From an uncultured delta proteobacterium (GTDB lineage Bacteria; Desulfobacterota; Desulfomonilia; UBA1062): a stretch of 64,000 bases of DNA. The stretch lies in NCBI GenBank assembly GCA_963785235.1, contig CAWAUM010000005.1, positions 352,001-416,000 on the forward strand, in the 5' to 3' direction. Below are positions 1-9,070 of this stretch, piece after piece; position 1 is the stretch's first letter, and every line of letters begins with the position of its first letter. The notes under the pieces were generated by a model, which was not told the DNA's origin, did no database searches, and was given only the letters and a program-made list of their open reading frames with translations. The position numbers and the translations under genes were made by a program.

Positions 1-1
1 G

Positions 2-139
2 AGTAGTTTGATCCCTTTGCAAGACAGCTGGCTTGAAAAATTCAAATCAGATGCATCCTTGAACAAACATTACCCAGCCGCCTTTTTAGGAGAATCACCC
101 GATAATCTTATCCAATGGCTTGGTACACCAGCGGGATGA
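2..139 (+). CDS. 3' end of a CDS entering from the left edge (unknown product)
   Basis: Open frame from base 2 (SSLIPLQDSWLEKF...WLGTPAG) to TGA at 137-139, convergent with the next gene. Confidence 0.4.
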   Translation, partial: SSLIPLQDSWLEKFKSDASLNKHYPAAFLGESPDNLIQWLGTPAG

Positions 140-187
140 TTGCCAAATAAAATCGCTTTTGTTTCTCATGATTCATGAAATCAGGCT

Positions 188-577
188 TTAATCAGTGAGG
201 GGAATATCATATGTTCTACTGGCGCTTACACCTTGTCCATAACTATGCTCCTGATAACCCTCCAGATGATCAACATAGATTGTGACATATACCGTGTCTA
301 CGCCATCACCAAGGAGTCTGGCAAATAAATAGAGGTGTGTGCCCCCCGCAGCAGTGAACGTGTAGATCCAGGGTTTATCATGGGTGTTCACGTTGGTAAT
401 TTCTTGGTCAATACCGTTTTCATCACGGTATACAATAGTTGCATCCTGGGTCGAGGTATAAACCTCATATTTTACGTTATGCATTCCTGGAGGGAGTTCA
501 TTATCTCCACCACTGTCAGAACTGCATCCGAGCAGCATCAGCATGATTAGAATTAGAATTGTCAGATGCAGTCTCAT
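188..577 (-). CDS. Hypothetical lipoprotein
   Basis: Hydrophobic signal ending in lipobox LLGC; 129 aa. Confidence 0.7.
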   Translation of the reverse strand: MRLHLTILILIMLMLLGCSSDSGGDNELPPGMHNVKYEVYTSTQDATIVYRDENGIDQEITNVNTHDKPWIYTFTAAGGTHLYLFARLLGDGVDTVYVTIYVDHLEGYQEHSYGQGVSASRTYDIPLTD

Positions 578-658
578 ATGCTTAACCTATTATTATTATA
601 ATATAAATAATATTATTTTACAAGAGGATTAGAATACGTGAGGTATATAGATAAAAAA

Positions 659-745
659 TGGTGCCGGGAACAGGACTTGAACCTGCACGAGCTTGCACCC
701 ACTAGAACCTGAATCTAGCGCGTCTGCCAATTCCGCCATCCCGGC
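659..745 (-). tRNA. tRNA-Leu (anticodon CAG)
   Basis: Reverse complement GCCGGGATGGCGGAATTGGCAGACGCG-CTAGA-TTCAGGT-TCTAG-long variable arm-GCAGGTTCAAGTCCTGT-TCCCGGCACCA; 87 nt; encoded CCA. Confidence 0.97.
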
Positions 746-817
746 ATGCTTTAGCTTGAAAACATTAAGTGTTTCCCCTATAGTTTGGAACCGAATAAAA
801 GTCAAGGATGGATGTGA

Positions 818-1772
818 ATGCAAGTATTCAGTGGCACTGATGCTATCAGCTAAGGATATGTTGAAAAAGCCTGTGATCACTATCGGTAATTTTGACGGAT
901 GCCACAAAGGCCATCAGGAGATATTCCGCAGGACACGAACCCATGCATCACGCATTGGAGGAGTCTCCGTGGTTTATACATTTAATCCCCATCCTGCTTC
1001 GGTTATCAAAGGTATCACCCCCCAGCTTATCTTTACCCTGGATGAAAAGATCAAGGCCATTGAATCACAAGGCATGGACTGTCTCATCATTGCACCCTTC
1101 ACCAAAGAGTATTCAGAAACCCAGCCAGAGGTGTTTCTGAAGGAGACCATTGTACGCAGGATCGGGGCATCCGGCATTGTGGTGGGGCATGATTTTTCTT
1201 TTGGCAAAAAGGCACTGGGAGATATCTCTTTCCTCAAACGCATGGGGTCCAAGATGGGTTTTTTTGTAGAGTGCGTAGACCCGGTAATTTTACATGGAGA
1301 GGTGATATCAAGTACACGGATCAGGAAAATGATTCAATCGGGAGATGTGTCAGGCGCTGCCGGACTCATGCTTCATCCCTACCGCATCAACGGTCCGGTC
1401 ATCCATGGTATGGCAAGGGGGAGAGGACTTGGGTATCCCACAGCGAATATCGAGCCCAATAAGGCCTTGCTGCCGGCATATGGGGTTTATGCCGTACGGG
1501 TGTACAATAAAAATCAAGCATGGGATGCCATCGTGAATATCGGAAACAATCCCACCTTTGGTGATATAAACACATCTATCGAGGCATTTATTTTTGACTT
1601 TGAAGGAGATCTTTACAATAGAGACATCACTATTGAATTCATCGAGCATATCCGTGGCGAAATCAAGTTTGCCGACAAGCGGTATCTTATTGAGCAGATC
1701 GAGGCCGATTGCCTCAAGGCCAGAGAGATCCTGAAGAAAAGGCATACAATTGAAGATATTCGCCATATCTGA
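818..1772 (+). CDS. ribF: Bifunctional riboflavin kinase/FAD synthetase (probable 1-nt frameshift near 851)
   Basis: TIGNFDGCHKGH, GHDFSFG, ISSTRIR, GRGLGYPTAN motifs; ATG818 gives a RibF-like N-terminus MQVFSGTDAIS in a different frame; otherwise the start is ATG840 or ATG858. Confidence 0.93.
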
Positions 1773-2460
1773 TCTCCACCTCTCGTTCCATGCGGACAAA
1801 CCCATGGACATCTTTGGTTCACACTGGGAGGATCATCCCAAACGACTTAGAAATGCCTGGTGTGAATCGGTCAAACAGAGCGATATTGTACTTATCCCGG
1901 GAGATATCTCCTGGTCCATGAAACTTCATGATGCTGCAGCAGACCTTGAGTTCATAGACTCCTTGCCCGGCACGAAGGTGATTATAAAAGGAAACCATGA
2001 CTACTGGTGGAGTTCTTTAAGCAAGGTGAAGCAGGTTATGCCCAAATCAATAATCCCCCTTCAAAACACGGCAGTCATGTTCGGTCATGTCGGCATTGCC
2101 GGCTCACGACTCTGGATCGATCCGGACCTGATGCTGGAAGTAGCAACCGATGAAGACCGAAAGATCCATCAACGCGAACTAGGAAGATTTTCCCTTTCCC
2201 TTAAGGCATTAAACGATGATGCACATATAAGAATTATTATGACGCATTTTCCGCCCATCTCCTTAGAGGGGAAGCCGGGCAATGCCCTCAAAATAGCTTC
2301 CCCATTCAGGTGTTCTCTCTGGGTCTTCGGTCATATGCATTTGGGTGCTCTCAACTACAACGGATTTAAGCGTACTATAGGTGCAACAAGGTTCGAGTTT
2401 GTATCGGCAGACTTCCTCGACTTTTGTCCGAAACTTATCTATGATACTGATAATCCTTGA
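1750..2460 (+). CDS. Calcineurin-like metallophosphoesterase
   Basis: DLH, GD, GNHD, THFPP and GHMH motifs. Confidence 0.9.
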   Translation: MKIFAISDLHLSFHADKPMDIFGSHWEDHPKRLRNAWCESVKQSDIVLIPGDISWSMKLHDAAADLEFIDSLPGTKVIIKGNHDYWWSSLSKVKQVMPKSIIPLQNTAVMFGHVGIAGSRLWIDPDLMLEVATDEDRKIHQRELGRFSLSLKALNDDAHIRIIMTHFPPISLEGKPGNALKIASPFRCSLWVFGHMHLGALNYNGFKRTIGATRFEFVSADFLDFCPKLIYDTDNP

Positions 2461-2549
2461 AGTTAATACTTGTTTTCCACGATCATATGGGTATAATTTA
2501 ATATGTTATGAACATTATACTAGTACATACAATGATTTGAGGAGATGAA

Positions 2550-3299
2550 ATGGATAAGAAATTAAAGATGCCCGGGCTCTCACGCATAGAGAAATCCCCT
2601 GATATACCGACACTGGTCATGAATCAGATTATAGAGCTCATATCACAAGGAAAGCTCAAGATCGGTGATAAATTGCCTTCAGAACAGGAGATGACCGAGC
2701 TCTTCGGGATCAGCAGGATCTCGTTGAGAGAAGCCATGAAACTTCTTGAGGCCAAAGGTTATATCGAATCAAAAGACAGGAAAGGTAAGTTTGTCAAATC
2801 GCTGACCGACAAAGTGAAATCCTCCATAGAAGACCTTATATCCATTGATCACGAAAAAATCTGGGAACTGCTTGCGGTCCGCAGGCTTATCGACTCAGAG
2901 GCGGCTTATCTTGCTGCCAAGAATGTCTCAAAAGAACAGAAGAATCGTTTTAAGAAGATTATGACCGTTCTCGATAAGGTCGGTGCTGATAAGATACTCA
3001 CCTCCAAAGAAGGGGGCATACTTTATTCTGACTTCTTTGATATCATGACAGACTCCACCAGGAATACCATATTCTTGCACCTGAGAAAATCCGTTACTAC
3101 AATATTAACAGGCGCCTTTCCCTACAGCAGGAAGCAGTTATCCACTGTACCAGGCAGTTCCAAGGACATCACCAAACAACTGATGAAGATTTATGATGCC
3201 ATCGAGAATAGAGACTCCGATGCCGCCAAAGCTGCAACCATCGAACACATCGACTACATCGAGAAGTCATTGCGAAGGGCTTTAAAGGAAGAAAAATAA
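2550..3299 (+). CDS. FadR/GntR-family transcriptional regulator
   Basis: wHTH GDKLPSEQEMTELFGISRISLREA plus FCD-like C-terminal domain; GGAG RBS. Confidence 0.9.
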   Translation: MDKKLKMPGLSRIEKSPDIPTLVMNQIIELISQGKLKIGDKLPSEQEMTELFGISRISLREAMKLLEAKGYIESKDRKGKFVKSLTDKVKSSIEDLISIDHEKIWELLAVRRLIDSEAAYLAAKNVSKEQKNRFKKIMTVLDKVGADKILTSKEGGILYSDFFDIMTDSTRNTIFLHLRKSVTTILTGAFPYSRKQLSTVPGSSKDITKQLMKIYDAIENRDSDAAKAATIEHIDYIEKSLRRALKEEK

Positions 3300-3387
3300 T
3301 TCATTCTCGTCATTCGTTCTTGTATTGACATTGCAAGATGTGACCTTATCAAGGGATTACTGATAAAATTTCCCTTGGAGGTTATGC

Positions 3388-3837
3388 ATGATAACTATTG
3401 GCGAAAAAGTTGGAGATTTCACCCTTAAGGATCAGCATGGCAAGGACTTCACTCTCTCGGAGTATGCCGGTAAAAAGGTGCTGCTCTCATTTCATCCTTT
3501 GGCATGGACAAGCATTTGCGCCAAACAGATGCAGTCTCTTGAAGAGAAGAGAGGGTTTTTTGAAAAGAAAAACACTATCGCAGTTGGTGTAAGCGTGGAC
3601 AGCACACCTTGCAAGAAGGCCTGGGCGAAAGAGCTGAAAATAGAAAACACCTGCTTACTATCCGATTTCTGGCCCCATGGGGGGCTGGCAAATAAGCTCG
3701 GTATTTTCAGGGATAAAGAAGGCATCTCCGAACGTGCAAACATTATCATTGATGAAAAGGGTCATGCAGAGTTCATCAAGGTATACCCTATCAAAGAGCT
3801 TCCCGATATCAATGAGATCCTGTCTGCCTTGGAGTAG
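3388..3837 (+). CDS. Peroxiredoxin (AhpC/TSA, AhpE-like)
   Basis: PxxxTxxC motif (PLAWTSIC), LLSDFWPHG. Confidence 0.88.
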   Translation: MITIGEKVGDFTLKDQHGKDFTLSEYAGKKVLLSFHPLAWTSICAKQMQSLEEKRGFFEKKNTIAVGVSVDSTPCKKAWAKELKIENTCLLSDFWPHGGLANKLGIFRDKEGISERANIIIDEKGHAEFIKVYPIKELPDINEILSALE

Positions 3838-3897
3838 GACTAATTCGAGAACCTATAAACACATGATCTTCTTGCATTTGTTTATCACATGAACTAA

Positions 3898-5166
3898 GTG
3901 CAGCCAATGATTGATAGCATGCCCCATCTGGTTTTTGCAGACTGCAATGGCAGCATAATGGATTTTCCAGGACTCGCTATGCTGGGCCGCAGCGGGGATT
4001 ATTTCCTGCCTGTAACTGAACCGGATACAATCCCTTTACCCAAAGGGGCGCAACTCTATGTGCTCCCAGACAGGCACCCAATAGGGTTGGACCGCGAAAC
4101 AGGTGAGATCGTTATCCTGAAGGATAATCCCTATGATGGTTCATGCCCCATTTATGCCGTTGCCGCCTTTCTTCCGGCAGCCCATACACAGACATATATT
4201 GCTGCATGGGAGCGCTCACAAAGTGCCTCTGAACTCCCCTTGTTCGCCTACACCGCCCTGGGCTGGAATGACGGCTTCGTGACCACAGCGATGCGTACAG
4301 ACCTATCCCGAAGGCAGGACCCTGACATGTTCGACCAGGAAAAGGTGAGGAAAGGGGTTACGCAATGGAAGGCCGATTTTCCACAAAACAGACTTGTCGA
4401 GCACCTCAGCAACTGCGCCTTGTGTTATGGATGTCCGGCAGCGCTCAATCTCTTCCAGGGAAGAGAGGAGGCCCCCCTGCCCACATCGCCTTCATGTAAT
4501 GCCTCCTGTGTGGGGTGCATATCAAAACAGGGCAGTGATAGACCTCCTTCGCCCCAGGACCGCATCCGTTTCGTACCGAGCTCCGAAGAAATCTCAGAAG
4601 TTGCCTTAAAACATATAGACTCAGTCTTGGACCCTGTTGTGAGCTTTGGCCAGGGGTGCGAGGGCGAGCCGCTCATGGTAGCCGACACCATAAGAGATGC
4701 AATAGTGCTTATCAGGAAAAAGACATCTCGCGGTACAATAAATCTGAACACCAATGCGAGCCTGCCTCAGAAGGTTGCAGAGCTTGCCGATGCAGGGCTT
4801 GACAGTATGCGTATCAGCATGAACTCACCAAGGGAAAACACCTATAAAGCCTATTTCCGGCAAACGTACCCCTTTGAAGCCCTGGCCATGAGTGCCTTGG
4901 AGATGAAAAAAAGGAACCGTTTTGTATCTTTGAATCTGTTCGTGTTCCCCGGCCTCACGGATGCCCCGAAAGAGGTAGAGTCACTGAGACGTTTCATCGA
5001 CTCTACCGGCATAGACATGATCCAGTGGCGCAATCTCAATATGGACCCCGATGTATACCTGGAAAAAATTGGTCAGAAACTCCCTTCGGGTATCGGCATC
5101 AAGCCACTCATCGAGAGCATCCCGCTGAGAAGGGGTTATTTCAATCCGTATTTAGGTGCGAAATAA
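3898..5166 (+). CDS. Radical SAM protein of unknown function
   Basis: CNASCVGC (CX3CX2C), SFGQGCEGEP, LNTN; extra CALCYGC upstream. Confidence 0.88.
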   Translation: MQPMIDSMPHLVFADCNGSIMDFPGLAMLGRSGDYFLPVTEPDTIPLPKGAQLYVLPDRHPIGLDRETGEIVILKDNPYDGSCPIYAVAAFLPAAHTQTYIAAWERSQSASELPLFAYTALGWNDGFVTTAMRTDLSRRQDPDMFDQEKVRKGVTQWKADFPQNRLVEHLSNCALCYGCPAALNLFQGREEAPLPTSPSCNASCVGCISKQGSDRPPSPQDRIRFVPSSEEISEVALKHIDSVLDPVVSFGQGCEGEPLMVADTIRDAIVLIRKKTSRGTINLNTNASLPQKVAELADAGLDSMRISMNSPRENTYKAYFRQTYPFEALAMSALEMKKRNRFVSLNLFVFPGLTDAPKEVESLRRFIDSTGIDMIQWRNLNMDPDVYLEKIGQKLPSGIGIKPLIESIPLRRGYFNPYLGAK

Positions 5167-5169
5167 CAC

Positions 5170-6855
5170 TCAGAACTCCACAAACCCGCCACCGGCATCC
5201 TCCTCATCTGCCTGGATTTCAGTGGTGCTCGCCTCTTCCCAGAATTCCAGCAGCATGACCGTGAAGTCGTCATCAAGGGCCTCTTTGCAGTTAAACGACC
5301 GTACGTCTGCCTCTATAACCTCAATGACCGCGTTTCCCCGCATGGTCTGGATAGCGTTATGGAAGCACTGGATCAGCCTATCCTTGCCGTACTGCTCAGC
5401 TTGATCGTTCTCGGTCTCCAGGATACAGTCAGTGTACATGAGCAGTGCATCGCCTATCTCTATGTTGTTCTCACATTTTTCTTCATATCCTCCATCCTCA
5501 AAGGAACCGAGGAAGAAACCGTCTGTATCGAGTTCAAGGATCTTTCCCGTGGCTCTCTTAAAAAGCAGCGGGGTAGGGTGGCCTGCATTGGAGTAGGTGA
5601 TGGACTTGGCATGACGGTCTGTTAATACAAAGAACGCTGTTATGTAGTCCTCATCCAGCACGGGTTTCAGTTCACCGTTGAGCATGTGCATGAGAATTGT
5701 AGGGCTTGCCACGGTCGCGGCCAGGGCGTGAAAGCTCATCTTGAACATGGAAGAGATAAGGGCGGCAGCCACGCCATGGCCGGAGACATCGGCAATAATA
5801 AAACCCGTCTGACCGCCTCCCAGGTTGACGACATCGTAAAGGTCCCCTCCGATATGGATTGAAGGGATATATTTACAGGTAAAGCTCACCCCATTCATGT
5901 TTTCAAACGTATCCGGCAACAGACTCTTCTGGAGCCTGGCAGCCATTTCGAGCTCATCGATCATCCGTTGGTTCTGTGCACGGATGATCTCATTTTTCTC
6001 CTCCATCCCAGCCAGTGTAATAGTGAGATGAGCCGCCTGCTCCTCCATGAGGTCTTTGGTCTCTGCACTCTCCATGAGAAGCCGTTCCATGTCATCTTTC
6101 TGTCTGACGGACTCTGTCACGTCGGTAAAGAGAATAGCCGTATACTTGCCGCCTCCCTTAGGTTCAACCGTGTGTGTGGTTTTTTCAAGATAACGCTGAT
6201 CAAAATCGCCAAGATCAAGGGTTATTTGTTTATCTTTTGGTGAGAACAGGTTCTTAACGATTTCGGGGACGTTGTCCATAGTTTTCCCCAGGACGTCTGA
6301 AGACTTGATGGATGTTATTTTTTGAGCCGTTTTATTCCAGAGTATGACCTCGCTTTTATCAGAGATGACAAGGAGGCCTGATGGAAATGATTTTAAGAGC
6401 TGTACGATGAATTCGTCACGAATAATACGTGCAGGGGTCCATTGCTTTGACTTGCTTACCTTGTTTTTCCGGTATACGAGTCGCACACTGTTTCCACTTC
6501 CTTCGTATCTTACCTCATTGAAAAAGGTCTTGGCTATCTGAATACCAAGGCCGCTGCCTATGTGGGCATTGGGGTCAGGGTTAAATTCTTTTTTATAATC
6601 AAAACCTTCACCCTCGTCTATGACATGATACTCTAAAGAGTTCTGGTCCATGTGGATATGAAGAGTTACCATCCGCTCGACATATTTTGGACTATTGATT
6701 CTCTGCTTAACCAGGTCTTCAAATGAGCCCTTTTTAACTGCCTTTGCCTTTTCCTCCATGGTGATACCCAGGTTGCCATGTTCTATTGAATTGAGAACGA
6801 TTTCTCCGAGTCGCCATCTTGAGCATCTCAGTATCTTCACAGACCCTTCTTGCAT
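5170..6855 (-). CDS. C-terminal part (HATPase_c anti-sigma kinase + PAS + coiled coil + SpoIIE/PP2C phosphatase) of a frameshifted multidomain gene
   Basis: EIVLNSIEHGN, DEGEGF, GLGI; GGDLYD, ADVSGHG, NAGHP, YTD, DDDFT; true reading frame joins the upstream ORF at about 6811. Confidence 0.88.
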   Translation of the reverse strand: MQEGSVKILRCSRWRLGEIVLNSIEHGNLGITMEEKAKAVKKGSFEDLVKQRINSPKYVERMVTLHIHMDQNSLEYHVIDEGEGFDYKKEFNPDPNAHIGSGLGIQIAKTFFNEVRYEGSGNSVRLVYRKNKVSKSKQWTPARIIRDEFIVQLLKSFPSGLLVISDKSEVILWNKTAQKITSIKSSDVLGKTMDNVPEIVKNLFSPKDKQITLDLGDFDQRYLEKTTHTVEPKGGGKYTAILFTDVTESVRQKDDMERLLMESAETKDLMEEQAAHLTITLAGMEEKNEIIRAQNQRMIDELEMAARLQKSLLPDTFENMNGVSFTCKYIPSIHIGGDLYDVVNLGGGQTGFIIADVSGHGVAAALISSMFKMSFHALAATVASPTILMHMLNGELKPVLDEDYITAFFVLTDRHAKSITYSNAGHPTPLLFKRATGKILELDTDGFFLGSFEDGGYEEKCENNIEIGDALLMYTDCILETENDQAEQYGKDRLIQCFHNAIQTMRGNAVIEVIEADVRSFNCKEALDDDFTVMLLEFWEEASTTEIQADEEDAGGGFVEF

Positions 6856-7339
6856 TTAGTACAGCCTGATTTATGATATAAGGGATTCTCTCAGGATCAT
6901 TCCCGAAGACAAGGGTTTTATCTTCGCTGATAACACTGTGGCCATCAGGCTCAATGCCCAGGCAGAGAAACCGCTGATGATTCAGTACCCGCTGTATCGA
7001 TTCAAGGAGTGCTGTTATGTTTATTGGTTTGATAAGATAATCCAAGACCCCAAGTCTCATACATTGAAGGGCTAAAAAACCATCGACTTTTTCTGATGAG
7101 ACAATAACCATGGATTTAGGACTGGCCTGGGATATCTGGGTCAGGACCGTGAGACCTGATTCATCAGCAGGGTCTACTGACAGGATAACAAGATCTGGTT
7201 TATCCTGAATGACCTTTGCTATTCCATCATCCGGAGAAAAGGCAAACTTGGCATTAAACCCTTTTCGGGAAAGCTTTTTGACAAGGTCCCGTGAAGCCCT
7301 GTCCGGATCAATGATAAGTACATTCTGAATCAACTTCAT
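6734..7339 (-). CDS. N-terminal atypical receiver domain of the same gene (frameshift at about 6811)
   Basis: VLIIDPD...PDLVILS...DYLIKP receiver fold; removing one base gives EMLKMA-LGEIVLNSIEHGN. Confidence 0.8.
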   Translation of the reverse strand: MKLIQNVLIIDPDRASRDLVKKLSRKGFNAKFAFSPDDGIAKVIQDKPDLVILSVDPADESGLTVLTQISQASPKSMVIVSSEKVDGFLALQCMRLGVLDYLIKPINITALLESIQRVLNHQRFLCLGIEPDGHSVISEDKTLVFGNDPERIPYIINQAVLNARRVCEDTEMLKMATRRNRSQFNRTWQPGYHHGGKGKGS

Positions 7340-7385
7340 AACATCCCGCCCTTTATCATGAACTGTTCGTAGATCTTAGATCGCC

Positions 7386-8465
7386 TCATGATCCTTTATC
7401 ATGCTTGCTCAAGTTCATGATAAATCCGGGTATCGATAGCAATGGGAGGACTTTGGCAACACCCCCCATCTCGATGGCAACCTTGGGCATGCCGAAAACA
7501 ACGCAGCTGTCTTCATCCTGTGCAATGGTGAATGCACCTGCTTGTTTCATCTCGCGCATGCCGCGTGCCCCGTCATCACCCATGCCGGTGAGGATGATGC
7601 CCAGGGCGTTAGGTCCAAGGGTATTGGCTGCTGACCTGAACAATACATCAACGGAAGGTATATGTCGGTTAACAGGCGGCCCATCCTTTACCCTTACAAA
7701 GTAGCCCTTTGGGCCCTTGTTTACAATCATGTGCTTACCTCCGGGTGCAATAAGGGCAAGACCTGTTCTGAGCTCATCGTTGTCTTTTGCCTCAACGACG
7801 GTCATAGCTGATAATCCATTCACTCTCTTGGCAAAAGAGTTTGTAAATACCGGAGGCATATGCTGCACGATTAATGTTGGCGGCGCATTTGCCGGGAGCT
7901 TGTTGAGAATCTGCTCAAGTGCCACTGTTCCTCCAGTGGAGGCACCGATAACAAAAATCGGCTGACCATCAATAACTGGCGCGGACTTCTCGGCCTTTAT
8001 TATTACATCCATGCCCAGCTTTGGAGGGACCTCAAGATTTGTAGGCGCGACAGCCTTTTTCAGCTTGGCAGTAGAGGCAGCCTTGACTTTTGAGCAGAGG
8101 TCTATCCTCAGATCCTCGATGCCTTCACTGATTTTGATCCTGGGCTTTGTCATGAAATCAATGGCGCCCAGGGACAGGGCCTTCATTGTGGCGTCTGCGC
8201 CCTGTTCGGTGAGAGATGAAAACATTACAACAGGCATGGGGAATGATCGCATGAGCCTTGAGAGGAAGGTCAGACCGTCCATCTTTGGCATCTCGATATC
8301 AAGGGTAAGCACATCGGGCTTAAGATCTTTAATCTTTCGTATGGCAATCAGCGGGTCAGGGGCAGTACCGACAATCTCGATATGAGGGTCTGACTCGAGG
8401 ATATCCTTCAGAAGCTTTCTCACAAGTGCCGAATCATCAATGATGAGTACTTTTACTTTATCCAT
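7386..8465 (-). CDS. cheB: Chemotaxis response regulator protein-glutamate methylesterase
   Basis: REC plus GASTGG, QHMP, PSVDVLF, LTGMGDDGA. Confidence 0.97.
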   Translation of the reverse strand: MDKVKVLIIDDSALVRKLLKDILESDPHIEIVGTAPDPLIAIRKIKDLKPDVLTLDIEMPKMDGLTFLSRLMRSFPMPVVMFSSLTEQGADATMKALSLGAIDFMTKPRIKISEGIEDLRIDLCSKVKAASTAKLKKAVAPTNLEVPPKLGMDVIIKAEKSAPVIDGQPIFVIGASTGGTVALEQILNKLPANAPPTLIVQHMPPVFTNSFAKRVNGLSAMTVVEAKDNDELRTGLALIAPGGKHMIVNKGPKGYFVRVKDGPPVNRHIPSVDVLFRSAANTLGPNALGIILTGMGDDGARGMREMKQAGAFTIAQDEDSCVVFGMPKVAIEMGGVAKVLPLLSIPGFIMNLSKHDKGS

Positions 8466-8475
8466 ATTCGTCTCA

Positions 8476-9069
8476 TTAGAAGATCGTTAGTTCTCCACCC
8501 TCAACCTGAAGCTTTTCCTTTTCATGGAAAAGCTTTGTCTTATATGCCTGCTCTGCTTCAATGATTTTAGAGTCTACCGTTGACTTGAGTCTCTTGAGAA
8601 GGACCTTGCCGGTGTCGGGAAAGAAGAGGACCTTTCTCCCGGTATACCCACCTACATCCTCCTTTATGATCTCTATCTGTTCCATCTTTAAGAAAGCCCT
8701 TACAAAATCGATGTTTGATTCAGGAACATTACCGTCAGTCTTTCTGAAATTCAATACATGTCCGCCCCCGAACACCTTTGCCTGAAAGTGTTTCTGTAAT
8801 CCACCCCGTTTGAGCATATCATTAATAAGCTGCTCCATGGCGAACATACCGTACTTTGCAGATGCCGAGAGGAAAATGTCCTCGGAACGGACATCACCGG
8901 GCAGCATGAAGTGGTTCATACCGCCGATGCCAGTCTTAGTATCCTTTATACAAACAGAGATACAGGAACCTAAGACCGTAGCAATGACATCGTTCGGGCT
9001 CACATAGAATTCCCCGGGATAGATGATCACCATGGTGCGGTTGAATTTCGGGCTGTGCTTTTTATACAT
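8476..9069 (-). CDS. cheD: Chemoreceptor glutamine deamidase
   Basis: TVLGSCISVC, GGMNHFMLP, AKVFGG, EDVGG. Confidence 0.95.
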   Translation of the reverse strand: MYKKHSPKFNRTMVIIYPGEFYVSPNDVIATVLGSCISVCIKDTKTGIGGMNHFMLPGDVRSEDIFLSASAKYGMFAMEQLINDMLKRGGLQKHFQAKVFGGGHVLNFRKTDGNVPESNIDFVRAFLKMEQIEIIKEDVGGYTGRKVLFFPDTGKVLLKRLKSTVDSKIIEAEQAYKTKLFHEKEKLQVEGGELTIF

Positions 9070-9070
9070 G

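Noticed and set aside
629-907. 92-aa ORF, and the 693 start proposed for ribF
   Set aside because: Both run through the tRNA-Leu gene, so the translations are spurious.
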